Below, in pieces: positions 50,426 to 58,481 of a DNA stretch of 64,000 bases. The stretch's first letter is position 1, and every line of letters starts with the position of its first letter. Location of the stretch: contig CBDBZN010000006.1 in assembly GCA_965213575.1 (NCBI GenBank), positions 1,698 through 65,697 of the forward strand. Direction: 5' to 3'. Below the pieces are notes generated by a model. The model worked only from the letters and a program-made list of their open reading frames with translations, was not told the DNA's origin and did no database searches. Source of the stretch: Chitinophagales bacterium. Its GTDB lineage: Bacteria > Bacteroidota > Bacteroidia > Chitinophagales > JAUHXS01. The translations under genes were made by a program, and so were the position numbers.

Positions 50426-50439
50426 GTTCCACGTGGAAC
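50426..50439. repeat. 14-bp perfect palindrome GTTCCACGTGGAAC (copy 3)
   Basis: 12 nt upstream of the fumC ATG and 25 nt downstream of the enoyl-CoA hydratase stop. Confidence 0.7.
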
Positions 50440-50464
50440 TTGTATGATTTAATCAGGCTTGATA

Positions 50465-51235
50465 TCAATAAACAAACTCCGGTTTTCTCTTTTCTAAAAA
50501 AGCAGTAGTACCTTCTTTAAAGTCTTGTGTGTTAAAACAATTGCCGAATTCTTTAATTTCCATATCGTACCCACCTTCTTTATAGGTAGAATTTATACAT
50601 GAAATAGTTTTAGTAATAGCTGAAGGAGATTTTTTAAATATTTTTTGTAAAATTTCTTCTGCTTTTGGCAATAAATTATTTGCTTCCGTCACATGATTCA
50701 CTAACCCTATATTTAAAGCATCATTTGCATTTACTATATCTCCTGTCATAATAAGTTCCATAGCTCTACCTTTGCCGACAAGCATTGTTAACCGTTGTGT
50801 GCCACCGTAACCGGGTATAATACCCAGACCAACTTCCGGTTGGCCAAATTTAGCTTTTTCAGAAGCTACTCTTATATGGCATGCCATGGCTAACTCACAA
50901 CCTCCTCCTAATGCAAAGCCATTTACTGCTGCAATTACCGGTTTAGAACAGTTTTCTATCTTATTGAAAGCATCGTGACCTTTTTGAGACATTTTAGTAC
51001 CTTCTTCGGTGCTAAAATCAGCAAATTCTGCGATGTCTGCACCAGCTACAAAGGATTTATCTCCTGCTCCGGTTATAATGATGCCTCTTATATCATTATT
51101 ATCTTCAACTTCATCAAAAATTTTACTTAGTTCACTAATGGTTTCAATATTTAACGCATTCATTACCTCCGGGCGGTTGATTTGAATCGTTAAAATATTA
51201 TCTGCTAATTCAGTAGTTAGATTGTTGTATGGCAT
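50465..51235 (-). CDS. enoyl-CoA hydratase/isomerase (crotonase family)
   Basis: 256 aa. FVAGADI...GGGCELAMACH...PEVGLGIIPGYGGTQRL crotonase signature. Confidence 0.85.
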   Translation of the reverse strand: MPYNNLTTELADNILTIQINRPEVMNALNIETISELSKIFDEVEDNNDIRGIIITGAGDKSFVAGADIAEFADFSTEEGTKMSQKGHDAFNKIENCSKPVIAAVNGFALGGGCELAMACHIRVASEKAKFGQPEVGLGIIPGYGGTQRLTMLVGKGRAMELIMTGDIVNANDALNIGLVNHVTEANNLLPKAEEILQKIFKKSPSAITKTISCINSTYKEGGYDMEIKEFGNCFNTQDFKEGTTAFLEKRKPEFVY

Positions 51236-51237
51236 AT

Positions 51238-51645
51238 TTAATAAGTTCTATTTTCTTTTACCCACGATTGAATATATTGGGCAATTTCTTTTGTATGAGT
51301 CCCGGGAGGAAATAATTCTCCCACTCCCATTCTTCTTAATTTCTGCATATCATCTTCAGGTATGATTCCTCCACCTGTCAAAAGTATATCGGTTACCTCT
51401 TTTTGCTTCATCAATTCAATCAGCTTAGGAAAAACTGTCATGTGTGCACCTGAAAGAATACTTACTCCTATAGCATCAACATCTTCTTGCAGTGCAGTAT
51501 TAATGACTTTTTCAGCTGTTTGCCGAAGGCCTGTATAAATGACTTCCATGCCTGCATCTTTTAAAGCAGATGCAATCACTTTCGCTCCACGATCATGTCC
51601 ATCTAAACCTATTTTAGCAACTAAAACCCTGATAGGCCTATTCAT
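51238..51645 (-). CDS. cobalamin-binding domain protein (methylmalonyl-/isobutyryl-CoA mutase small-subunit-like)
   Basis: 135 aa. The DxHxxG B12-binding motif occurs within [15 protein letters not shown], and the Rossmann-like remainder matches the MCM C-terminal domain. Confidence 0.8.
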   Translation of the reverse strand: MNRPIRVLVAKIGLDGHDRGAKVIASALKDAGMEVIYTGLRQTAEKVINTALQEDVDAIGVSILSGAHMTVFPKLIELMKQKEVTDILLTGGGIIPEDDMQKLRRMGVGELFPPGTHTKEIAQYIQSWVKENRTY

Positions 51646-51832
51646 CTGTACTTTTCCTTTTTATCTCATCTAAGTCTTTAAATTTTTTGTCATCCACATT
51701 TTCATCTAAAAACTCATTTAGTTTATTAAGGTCAAAATCTGTTTCTATCTCACCAAATTCATTGATCTTAATATCAAGGCCTTTTAAGTCAGGGTGTACT
51801 TCGGGCTTTTCGTTTTTTTTCTTTTTAGGCAT
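51638..51832 (-). CDS. small acidic protein of unknown function
   Basis: 64 aa. Its ATG overlaps the gltX stop by 8 nt and its stop overlaps the next ATG by 8 nt, suggesting translational coupling. No motif recognised. Confidence 0.45.
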   Translation of the reverse strand: MPKKKKNEKPEVHPDLKGLDIKINEFGEIETDFDLNKLNEFLDENVDDKKFKDLDEIKRKSTDE

Positions 51833-53372
51833 TTTCTCTAACTATTATAGTATCAAAATTAATATCTGCTTTTTCCATTCTATTTACGACATTATCTTTT
51901 CCTAATAACGCAGCTACTTCGAATAGAGGTGGGCCGGCAGCAGCGCCACTAATCATCAGTCTGAATACTGGAAGCACATCACCAAATTTTAGATTATTTT
52001 TCTCCATAGCTGCTTTTATTACTTCTTCAATAGGTTCAGCTTCAAAAAGAGCTAATTCCTTTAATTCAGCTTGTATGGATTTAAAAACTTCCTTAATAGA
52101 AGAATTCCATTTTTTTCTAACAATTTTTTCATCATAATTATCGGGGTCAATGAAGAAAAAGCTTCCTACTTCCCAAAAATCATTATAAAAAGTCATTCTT
52201 TCTTTTAATAAACCTACCGCCTCAATAAGATAATCCTCATTATAAGCTATTCTTTTCTCGTCCAATATATATTTAACTTGATTAGCAATCACTGTATTAT
52301 CTAATCTTTTTAAATATTGCTGATTAAACCATTTTCCTTTATCAAAATCAAACTTTGCGCCGGATTTACCAATTCTCTCTAAAGAAAAAACCGGAATCAA
52401 TTCTTCCATGGAAAAAATCTCTTGCTCTGATCCGGGATTCCATCCCAAAAATGCCAACATGTTAAGGAATGCTTCAGGTATAAAGCCTTTTTCTCTATAT
52501 CCGGAAGAGATTTCGCCTGAATCCGGATCTTGCCATTCTAAAGGAAAAACCGGAAACCCTAATCTATCTCCATCTCTCTTGCTGAGTTTCCCTTTCCCGT
52601 CAGGCTTGAGGATCAAAGGTAAATGAGCAAATTGAGGCATCGTATCTTCCCATCCTAAGTACTTGTATAATAAAACATGTACCGGCGCAGACGGCAACCA
52701 TTCTTCTCCACGAATGACATGACTTATTTTCATTAAATGATCATCTACAATATTTGCTAAATGATAAGTAGGCATGCCATCAGATTTAAAAATTACCTTA
52801 TCATCTACTTGATTACTATTAAAAACCACCCATCCTCTGACTATATCATGTACTTTAATTTCTTCATTTCTGGGAACGTTGATTCTAATGACATAAGGTA
52901 CTGCGGCATCAATTTTCTTATTTACTTCATCAGCAGACAAAGTAAGTGAGTTCTTCATGTACTGCCTCGTAACATTATTATATTGAGGAGAAGGAACACC
53001 TTGCTTCTTCAACCGCTCTCTCATTTCATCCAGCTCTTCCGGAGTATCAAATGCATAATAAGCGTAGCCATTTTTAAGTAGTTGATCTGCATAATCTTTG
53101 TATAAATGCTTTCTTTCCGATTGCCTATAAGGCCCATAATCTCCTGTATCATTAATACTTTCATCCGGTTGTAATCCACACCACTCCAATGCTTCTATAA
53201 TATAATCTTCAGCCCCAGGAACATAACGGGTTTGGTCTGTGTCTTCTATACGTAGAATGAACGTACCATTATGTTTTTTTGCAAATAAATAATTATATAA
53301 CGCAGTCCTTACTCCGCCTATATGCAAAGGGCCTGTCGGACTAGGGGCAAATCTTACTCTTACATCGCTCAT
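51825..53372 (-). CDS. gltX: glutamate--tRNA ligase GltX
   Basis: 515 aa. Class I HIGH (PLHIGG) and KMSKS-like (KLSKR) motifs with GluRS-specific blocks. Confidence 0.9.
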   Translation of the reverse strand: MSDVRVRFAPSPTGPLHIGGVRTALYNYLFAKKHNGTFILRIEDTDQTRYVPGAEDYIIEALEWCGLQPDESINDTGDYGPYRQSERKHLYKDYADQLLKNGYAYYAFDTPEELDEMRERLKKQGVPSPQYNNVTRQYMKNSLTLSADEVNKKIDAAVPYVIRINVPRNEEIKVHDIVRGWVVFNSNQVDDKVIFKSDGMPTYHLANIVDDHLMKISHVIRGEEWLPSAPVHVLLYKYLGWEDTMPQFAHLPLILKPDGKGKLSKRDGDRLGFPVFPLEWQDPDSGEISSGYREKGFIPEAFLNMLAFLGWNPGSEQEIFSMEELIPVFSLERIGKSGAKFDFDKGKWFNQQYLKRLDNTVIANQVKYILDEKRIAYNEDYLIEAVGLLKERMTFYNDFWEVGSFFFIDPDNYDEKIVRKKWNSSIKEVFKSIQAELKELALFEAEPIEEVIKAAMEKNNLKFGDVLPVFRLMISGAAAGPPLFEVAALLGKDNVVNRMEKADINFDTIIVRENA

Positions 53373-53423
53373 GTAGCAAAAATAACGAATTTTATCGTTA
53401 TCATTGCTTCATCGGTAATAAGT

Positions 53424-54053
53424 ATGAAAATCGTTAAAACACCGCTCTTCATTCAACATCTTTTTCCAAGTATTCTTTGGAATAAAAAAAATACTGATCA
53501 ACCGACTTTATATTTAACTTTTGATGATGGGCCTATTCCGGAAGTAACACCATGGGTACTTAATCAATTGAAAACCTACAATGCTAAAGCGACTTTTTTT
53601 TGTGTGGGCGAAAACATTAATAAATGTCCTAATATTTTTAATCAAATTATCGAAGAAGGACATACCATAGGCAACCATACCTATAGCCATCTAAATGGTT
53701 GGAATACAAACACAATAAATTATATTGATAATGTTCATCAGTTCGATGATATGCATTCAAAATTCAAAATTCAAAATTCAAAATTATTTAGACCTCCTTA
53801 TGGGAAGTTGACACTTCAACAATTTAAAATACTAAAGAAACAATATCAACTTGTATTATGGGATGTGATCAGCCGAGATTTTGACAATGCTATTTCTACA
53901 AAAGAATGTCTAAATAATATTGTAAAGCATTCAAAAGACGGGTCAATTATTGTTTTTCATGACAGCTTAAAGGCTGAAGAAAATTTACGATATGTGCTTC
54001 CAAAGGTCTTAAAGTATTATTCAGACAAAGGTTATGCTTTTAACGTTTTATGA
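53424..54053 (+). CDS. polysaccharide deacetylase (NodB-homology) family protein
   Basis: Start MKIVKTP at 53424. The 53322 start overlaps gltX and is rejected. LTFDDGP...GHTIGNHTYSH...RPPYG motifs. Confidence 0.75.
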   Translation: MKIVKTPLFIQHLFPSILWNKKNTDQPTLYLTFDDGPIPEVTPWVLNQLKTYNAKATFFCVGENINKCPNIFNQIIEEGHTIGNHTYSHLNGWNTNTINYIDNVHQFDDMHSKFKIQNSKLFRPPYGKLTLQQFKILKKQYQLVLWDVISRDFDNAISTKECLNNIVKHSKDGSIIVFHDSLKAEENLRYVLPKVLKYYSDKGYAFNVL

Positions 54054-54086
54054 ATTATCATCTAACTTTTAAATTATTATAAAATA

Positions 54087-54851
54087 ATGCTAATAGACAC
54101 CCATACCCACCTCTTTTCAGAACAATTTAATGATGATCGAACGGCAATTATTCAAAGAGCCATGGATCAGGGAGTGGAAAAATTCCTACTACCTAACATC
54201 GATATCGACTCAATTGAGAAAATGCATAAATTGGTAAAGCAGTTTCCCGAAAATTGTTACCCGATGATGGGTTTACATCCATGCTCTGTAGAAAAAGACT
54301 ATAAAACACAACTTAAAGTTATAGAACATAATCTTCTTAATAAAAAATATGTTGCCGTTGGAGAGATTGGTTTGGATTATTATTGGGATACAAAACTAAA
54401 AAATGAGCAAATAGTAGTTTTTAAACAACATATAAATTGGGCAAAACAACTTAATCTTCCTGTTGCTATACACTGTAGAGATAGTATGCATGATGTGTTA
54501 GATATCTTGGAAGAAATGCACGATGAATACTTAAGTGGAGTATTGCACTGTTTTTCGGGCAGCAGAGAAGAGGCAGAAAGGGCTATAAAGATAGGGTTTT
54601 ATTTAGGAATCGGAGGAGTGGTGACCTTTAAAAATGGAGGGTTGGACAGAATTTTACCAGATATAGATTTAAATCATATTGTCCTGGAGACGGACAGTCC
54701 TTACCTCGCTCCAGCTCCATATAGAGGCAAAAGAAATGAAAGTGCATATTTAGTAAGCATCGCACAAAAAGTAGCCGACATTAAACAGTTATCGATTGAC
54801 GAAGTGGCTAAAATTACAACTGCTAATGCTCAAATACTATTTAACCTATAA
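54087..54851 (+). CDS. TatD-family metal-dependent hydrolase
   Basis: 254 aa. MLIDTHTHL start, then GEIGLDY, HCRD, HCFSG and ETDSPYL motifs. Confidence 0.85.
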   Translation: MLIDTHTHLFSEQFNDDRTAIIQRAMDQGVEKFLLPNIDIDSIEKMHKLVKQFPENCYPMMGLHPCSVEKDYKTQLKVIEHNLLNKKYVAVGEIGLDYYWDTKLKNEQIVVFKQHINWAKQLNLPVAIHCRDSMHDVLDILEEMHDEYLSGVLHCFSGSREEAERAIKIGFYLGIGGVVTFKNGGLDRILPDIDLNHIVLETDSPYLAPAPYRGKRNESAYLVSIAQKVADIKQLSIDEVAKITTANAQILFNL

Positions 54852-54870
54852 AGTGCATTATTCATAGATT

Positions 54871-54906
54871 ATTCATAGGCTAGGGTTTAAACCCTAGCCT
54901 ATGAAT
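54871..54906. repeat. perfect 36-bp palindrome nested in an outer 11-bp inverted repeat
   Basis: ATTCATAGGCTAGGGTTT|AAACCCTAGCCTATGAAT (18+18, no spacer). Outer arms are TGCATTATTCA (54854..54864) and TGAATAATGCA (54943..54953). Lies between the TatD-family stop and tRNA-Ser. May act as a terminator, but there is no U-run. Confidence 0.5.
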
Positions 54907-54996
54907 AGTTATATCAGAATGTTTAAAGCTTAATATATAACTTGAATAATGCATCCTTTACTTCCTAAATAATTATATTAAATTTGTGCTGCTTCA

Positions 54997-55085
<89 letters not shown>

Positions 55086-55409
55086 AATTATTTGATAAAC
55101 ATCTTTTACATTTGACGATTATCAAATAATATTATATAAAGTAAATAACCTCAGAAATAAGAAGTTTATTCTGATGCCATCCTTATTAATATTTTATATC
55201 GGACATCCACTTATCGCCACATTTCACTCAAGCAACGTTTTATTAAAGAATTTTTTATAATTATACTTTCTCTTTCTTAAATTGACTTTTACGCCCAATA
55301 TTTTTAGATACATTCAATCTTTTGATTTTCAATATTTAAAACTTGTACATATCATTAATACTTGCATTTCATAGATATTGTTAATAACTTTCAATCATAA
55401 AATAAATAT

Positions 55410-57914
55410 ATGAAACTACTGCAGAGTTTATTATTCCTTTACTTTATTACATTATTTACCCTTAATATTTATGCGCAATGCACCACTCAAGTTTCTCATC
55501 TTTTGGGAACACAAATGGTCGGGTGCACTAATGTAACAGTAGATACTGCCGGCTCTACAGATGTCCCAACTACATATTGTCCTACAGGTAGTGGAGAGCC
55601 TTACCGGGCAGCATCATCAAGTAAAGTTGGCAGTTATACGTTTACATTTAATCCTCCAATTGATTCAGCTACGCTCAATTTCAGCGGACTTTTCAACCGT
55701 GTTTTAAGAAATGAAATTAGACTAACAGTAAATGGAACTCCCTATCCAGTCCCTTCTGTAGGTACATTAGATCCATTCTGTAGTGAGGTTCTAGCCACGT
55801 TAACTGCTCAGGGTAATATTACAGGACGTCCCGGAAGTTTAATTTCAGCAGGATGGAATGGCACGACGATACCCGGCCCTATTTCCACCTTAACTGTAAA
55901 AGATACTGTCACTAATGGAACCTCGTCACAAGCTACATTTTATCTCTTTATTTGTGATAACGGAAGTTTTGATGCCGATGTACTGCCGGATGATAGTTTA
56001 GTATGTCAAAATGATTCTATTATATTAGATGCTACTATTCCTAATGCTACTTACTTGTGGCAAGATGGATCTACCGATTCTACTTTTACGGTAAAACAAG
56101 CCGGTTTATATAGAGTAGCAATTACTAATAGCTGTGGAACGGTTGTGGATTCTACTCTAGTAACGATTGATAGCTTTCCCGTTGTTAACTTAGGAGAAGA
56201 TACAACCATATGTGCCGGAGATACTATCCTTTTAACAGCCAATACATTACCGGGGTTAACTTATGAGTGGCAAGATGGGTCTACCAATTCTTTTTATACA
56301 GTTACCGAACCGGGTAACTATAATGTAACAGTAACAAATGAGTGTGGAATAATTAATGATGCTATTCAAATCACGCTGCCAAATCTAATGTCGGTAGATA
56401 TAGGAGAAGATACCACTATATGCATAGAAGATTCTCTTATATTAGATGCTACTGCTCCCAATGCTACTTATTTGTGGCAAGATGGGTCTACTAATTCTAC
56501 CTTCACGGTAAAACAAGCCGGCTTATATAGAGTAGCAATTACTACTAGTTGTGGAACTGTTATGGATTCTATCCAGGTGGGTATTGACAGCTTTCCCGTT
56601 GTTGATCTAGGAGAAGATACTACTATATGTGGCAGTAGCTCCTTAATTTTAGTCGCTACTTACCCAAATGCCACCTATTTATGGCAAGATAATTCGACTG
56701 ATGAAACATTCACTGTCACTGACGCGGGAGAATATCATGTAGCAGTTACTAATAACTGCGGTACTACTAGAGATTCTATTCAAGTAGAGAAGGATAGCTT
56801 ACCAGCTGTTACATTAATTGAAGATACCACTATATGCGCAGGAGATACTATCATTTTAACAGCCAATACAATATCGGGGGTAACTTACCAATGGCAAGAT
56901 AATTCGACTGACTCTTTTTATGTGGTTACCGAACCGGGCAACTATAATGTAACGGTAACAAATAATTGTGGAATGGATAATGATGCCATTCAAATCACGC
57001 TGCCAAATCTAATGTCGGTAGATGTGGGTGATGATACAACTATATGTAAAGAAGATTCTATTATTTTAGAAGTTACTGCTCCCGGTGCCACTTATTTGTG
57101 GCAAGATGGGTCCACCAATTCTACCTTCACGGTAAAACAAGCCGGTTTATATAAAGTAGCAATCTCTACCAGTTGTGGAACTATTATGGATTCTATTCAA
57201 GTGGGTATTGACAGCTTTCCCGTTGTTGATCTAGGAGAAGATACAACTATATGTGCCGGAGATACTATCATTTTAACAGCCAAGACAATATCGGGGGTAA
57301 CTTACCAATGGCAAGACAATTCGACTGACTCTTTTTATGTGGTTACCGAACCGGGCAACTATAATGTAACAGTAACAAATAATTGTGGAACGGATAATGA
57401 TGCCATTCAATTTACTCAGCCAAATCTAATGTCGGTAGATGTAGGAAATGATACAACCGTATGTGAGGGAAATACTATCATACTAGATGCAAGCACGCCA
57501 AATGCCACCTATTTATGGCAAGATAATTCTACTAATCCTACTTTTACGGTTACGCAAGCCGGAACATATTCCGTAGTTGTAAATAATGATTGTGGTACTA
57601 CCGAAGATTCAATAAATATAACTAGTATTTCGTGTGATTGTAATACTTTTCTACCTAATGCATTTACACCTGATGGAGATGGTGTTAATGACCAGTTTAT
57701 TGCCAGCTCATTTTGCACATTTACAAAATATAATCTAATTATTATGGATCGCTGGGGACAACAAGTATTTCAATCCGACAATATTACTGATCGCTGGGAT
57801 GGTACCTATAAAGGAGAAAAAGTTAATACTGGAATTTATATATATTTACTAACCTCTTCAGTCAATAATAAACCTTTACAAATCATGAATGGAAGTATTA
57901 CTTTAAATTATTAA
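55410..57914 (+). CDS. large surface protein with eight tandem Cys-containing modules and T9SS type B (CHU_C) C-terminal domain
   Basis: 834 aa with signal peptide. Residues 194-744 are eight ~69-70-aa modules (DTTIC...TY.WQD.ST...G.Y.V.V.N.CG). The last 90 aa (FLPNAFTPDGDGVNDQF...WDGTYKGE...IYIY) are the CHU_C sorting domain. Confidence 0.8.
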   Translation: MKLLQSLLFLYFITLFTLNIYAQCTTQVSHLLGTQMVGCTNVTVDTAGSTDVPTTYCPTGSGEPYRAASSSKVGSYTFTFNPPIDSATLNFSGLFNRVLRNEIRLTVNGTPYPVPSVGTLDPFCSEVLATLTAQGNITGRPGSLISAGWNGTTIPGPISTLTVKDTVTNGTSSQATFYLFICDNGSFDADVLPDDSLVCQNDSIILDATIPNATYLWQDGSTDSTFTVKQAGLYRVAITNSCGTVVDSTLVTIDSFPVVNLGEDTTICAGDTILLTANTLPGLTYEWQDGSTNSFYTVTEPGNYNVTVTNECGIINDAIQITLPNLMSVDIGEDTTICIEDSLILDATAPNATYLWQDGSTNSTFTVKQAGLYRVAITTSCGTVMDSIQVGIDSFPVVDLGEDTTICGSSSLILVATYPNATYLWQDNSTDETFTVTDAGEYHVAVTNNCGTTRDSIQVEKDSLPAVTLIEDTTICAGDTIILTANTISGVTYQWQDNSTDSFYVVTEPGNYNVTVTNNCGMDNDAIQITLPNLMSVDVGDDTTICKEDSIILEVTAPGATYLWQDGSTNSTFTVKQAGLYKVAISTSCGTIMDSIQVGIDSFPVVDLGEDTTICAGDTIILTAKTISGVTYQWQDNSTDSFYVVTEPGNYNVTVTNNCGTDNDAIQFTQPNLMSVDVGNDTTVCEGNTIILDASTPNATYLWQDNSTNPTFTVTQAGTYSVVVNNDCGTTEDSINITSISCDCNTFLPNAFTPDGDGVNDQFIASSFCTFTKYNLIIMDRWGQQVFQSDNITDRWDGTYKGEKVNTGIYIYLLTSSVNNKPLQIMNGSITLNY
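55989..57641 (+). repeat. coding tandem repeat array (8 modules of 207-210 bp, order A-B-A-C-B-A-B-D)
   Basis: Module starts are 55989, 56199, 56409, 56616, 56823, 57033, 57240 and 57450. B2 (56823..57032) against B3 (57240..57449), and A2 (56409..56615) against A3 (57033..57239), differ at only a handful of nucleotides by eye. Confidence 0.8.
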
Positions 57915-57989
57915 TTATGGATTAATGCGTTTCTTAAACTTTCTATATAAGGTAAAGATGCAAAATATAATTTTGGCTAATCTTTTATA

Positions 57990-58350
57990 GACACATTCGC
58001 AAGTAGAGAAGTTTTAAACTCAGAAATTTCTGAGTATAGGGAAAGGCCTTTTTTTCAAGCTACTACAATCTCGAAATTGAGAGGGAGAGAAACATCAGAT
58101 GTATGAAGCCACCAATAGGTGGCGAGGTTCTGCTGTTTTGGGTAGCATTTCTGAGATTGTTTGCGAGAAAAATCAGCCTTGAATTTTTTTTGTTACTTTT
58201 CTTTTTTTCAAGAAAAAGAAAAGTAAGAAGAACTCATTGCAAAAATCACCTCGATATTAGGCTTTTTTGATTTAAAATCGGGATGATTTACACCTATAAA
58301 TTTCATTGAACACCATGGTATAATTAATTTTCTTACTTGCGTAATTTCCC
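57990..58350 (+). mobile_element. MITE-like non-autonomous element, copy B (TIRs plus 6-bp TSD, with a 51-nt internal insertion)
   Basis: Begins GACACATTCGCAAGTAG and ends CTTACTTGCGTAATTTCCC. Flanked by perfect TTTATA (57984..57989 and 58351..58356). Relative to copy A it carries an extra 51 nt (58184..58234) containing a 14-bp perfect hairpin. Confidence 0.8.
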
Positions 58351-58396
58351 TTTATAGACAAATTTGAAAGGGAATAATAGAGAGGTTATATGGTTA

Positions 58397-58468
58397 AAGT
58401 GAGCGGGTGACTGCTCTATTTTTTTATTATCCATGATAACATAATCAAAGAGTTATCCGCTCACTAAC
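58397..58468. repeat. ~70-bp inverted-repeat element (GTGAGCGG ends), copy 1
   Basis: AAGTGAGCGGGTGACTGCTCTATTTTTTTATTAT...CAAAGAGTTATCCGCTCACTAAC. The ends are inverted repeats (GTGAGCGG / CCGCTCAC plus partial inner matches). Lies 14 nt downstream of the stop of the 58482..60350 gene. Confidence 0.6.
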
Positions 58469-58481
58469 GAGTTATTCTATA

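Noticed and set aside
55087-55130. A 12-bp AT-only inverted repeat (ATTATTTGATAA / TTATCAAATAAT) after tRNA-Ser as a terminator.
   Set aside because: It has a 20-nt loop, an all-A/T stem and no U-tract, so it is too weak to call.
55989-57641. Regularly spaced repeats that might be mistaken for a CRISPR-like array.
   Set aside because: The period is ~207-210 bp inside one uninterrupted 834-codon ORF. The repeats are protein modules, and no short repeat/spacer structure or cas genes are present.
58397-58468. Possible integron attC sites flanking a gene cassette (imperfect palindromes downstream of consecutive ORFs, with GTT/AAC at the ends).
   Set aside because: On the coding strand the order is GTT...AAC, the reverse of the canonical R''(RYYYAAC)...R'(GTTRRRY) layout. 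There are only two copies, and no IntI integrase or attI is in the window.
58454-58468. GTGAGCGGATAAC (reverse strand) is identical to the core of the E. coli lac operator.
   Set aside because: It is the terminal inverted repeat of the small palindromic element. No LacI-family gene or sugar operon is nearby, so the match is most likely coincidental or vector-unrelated.
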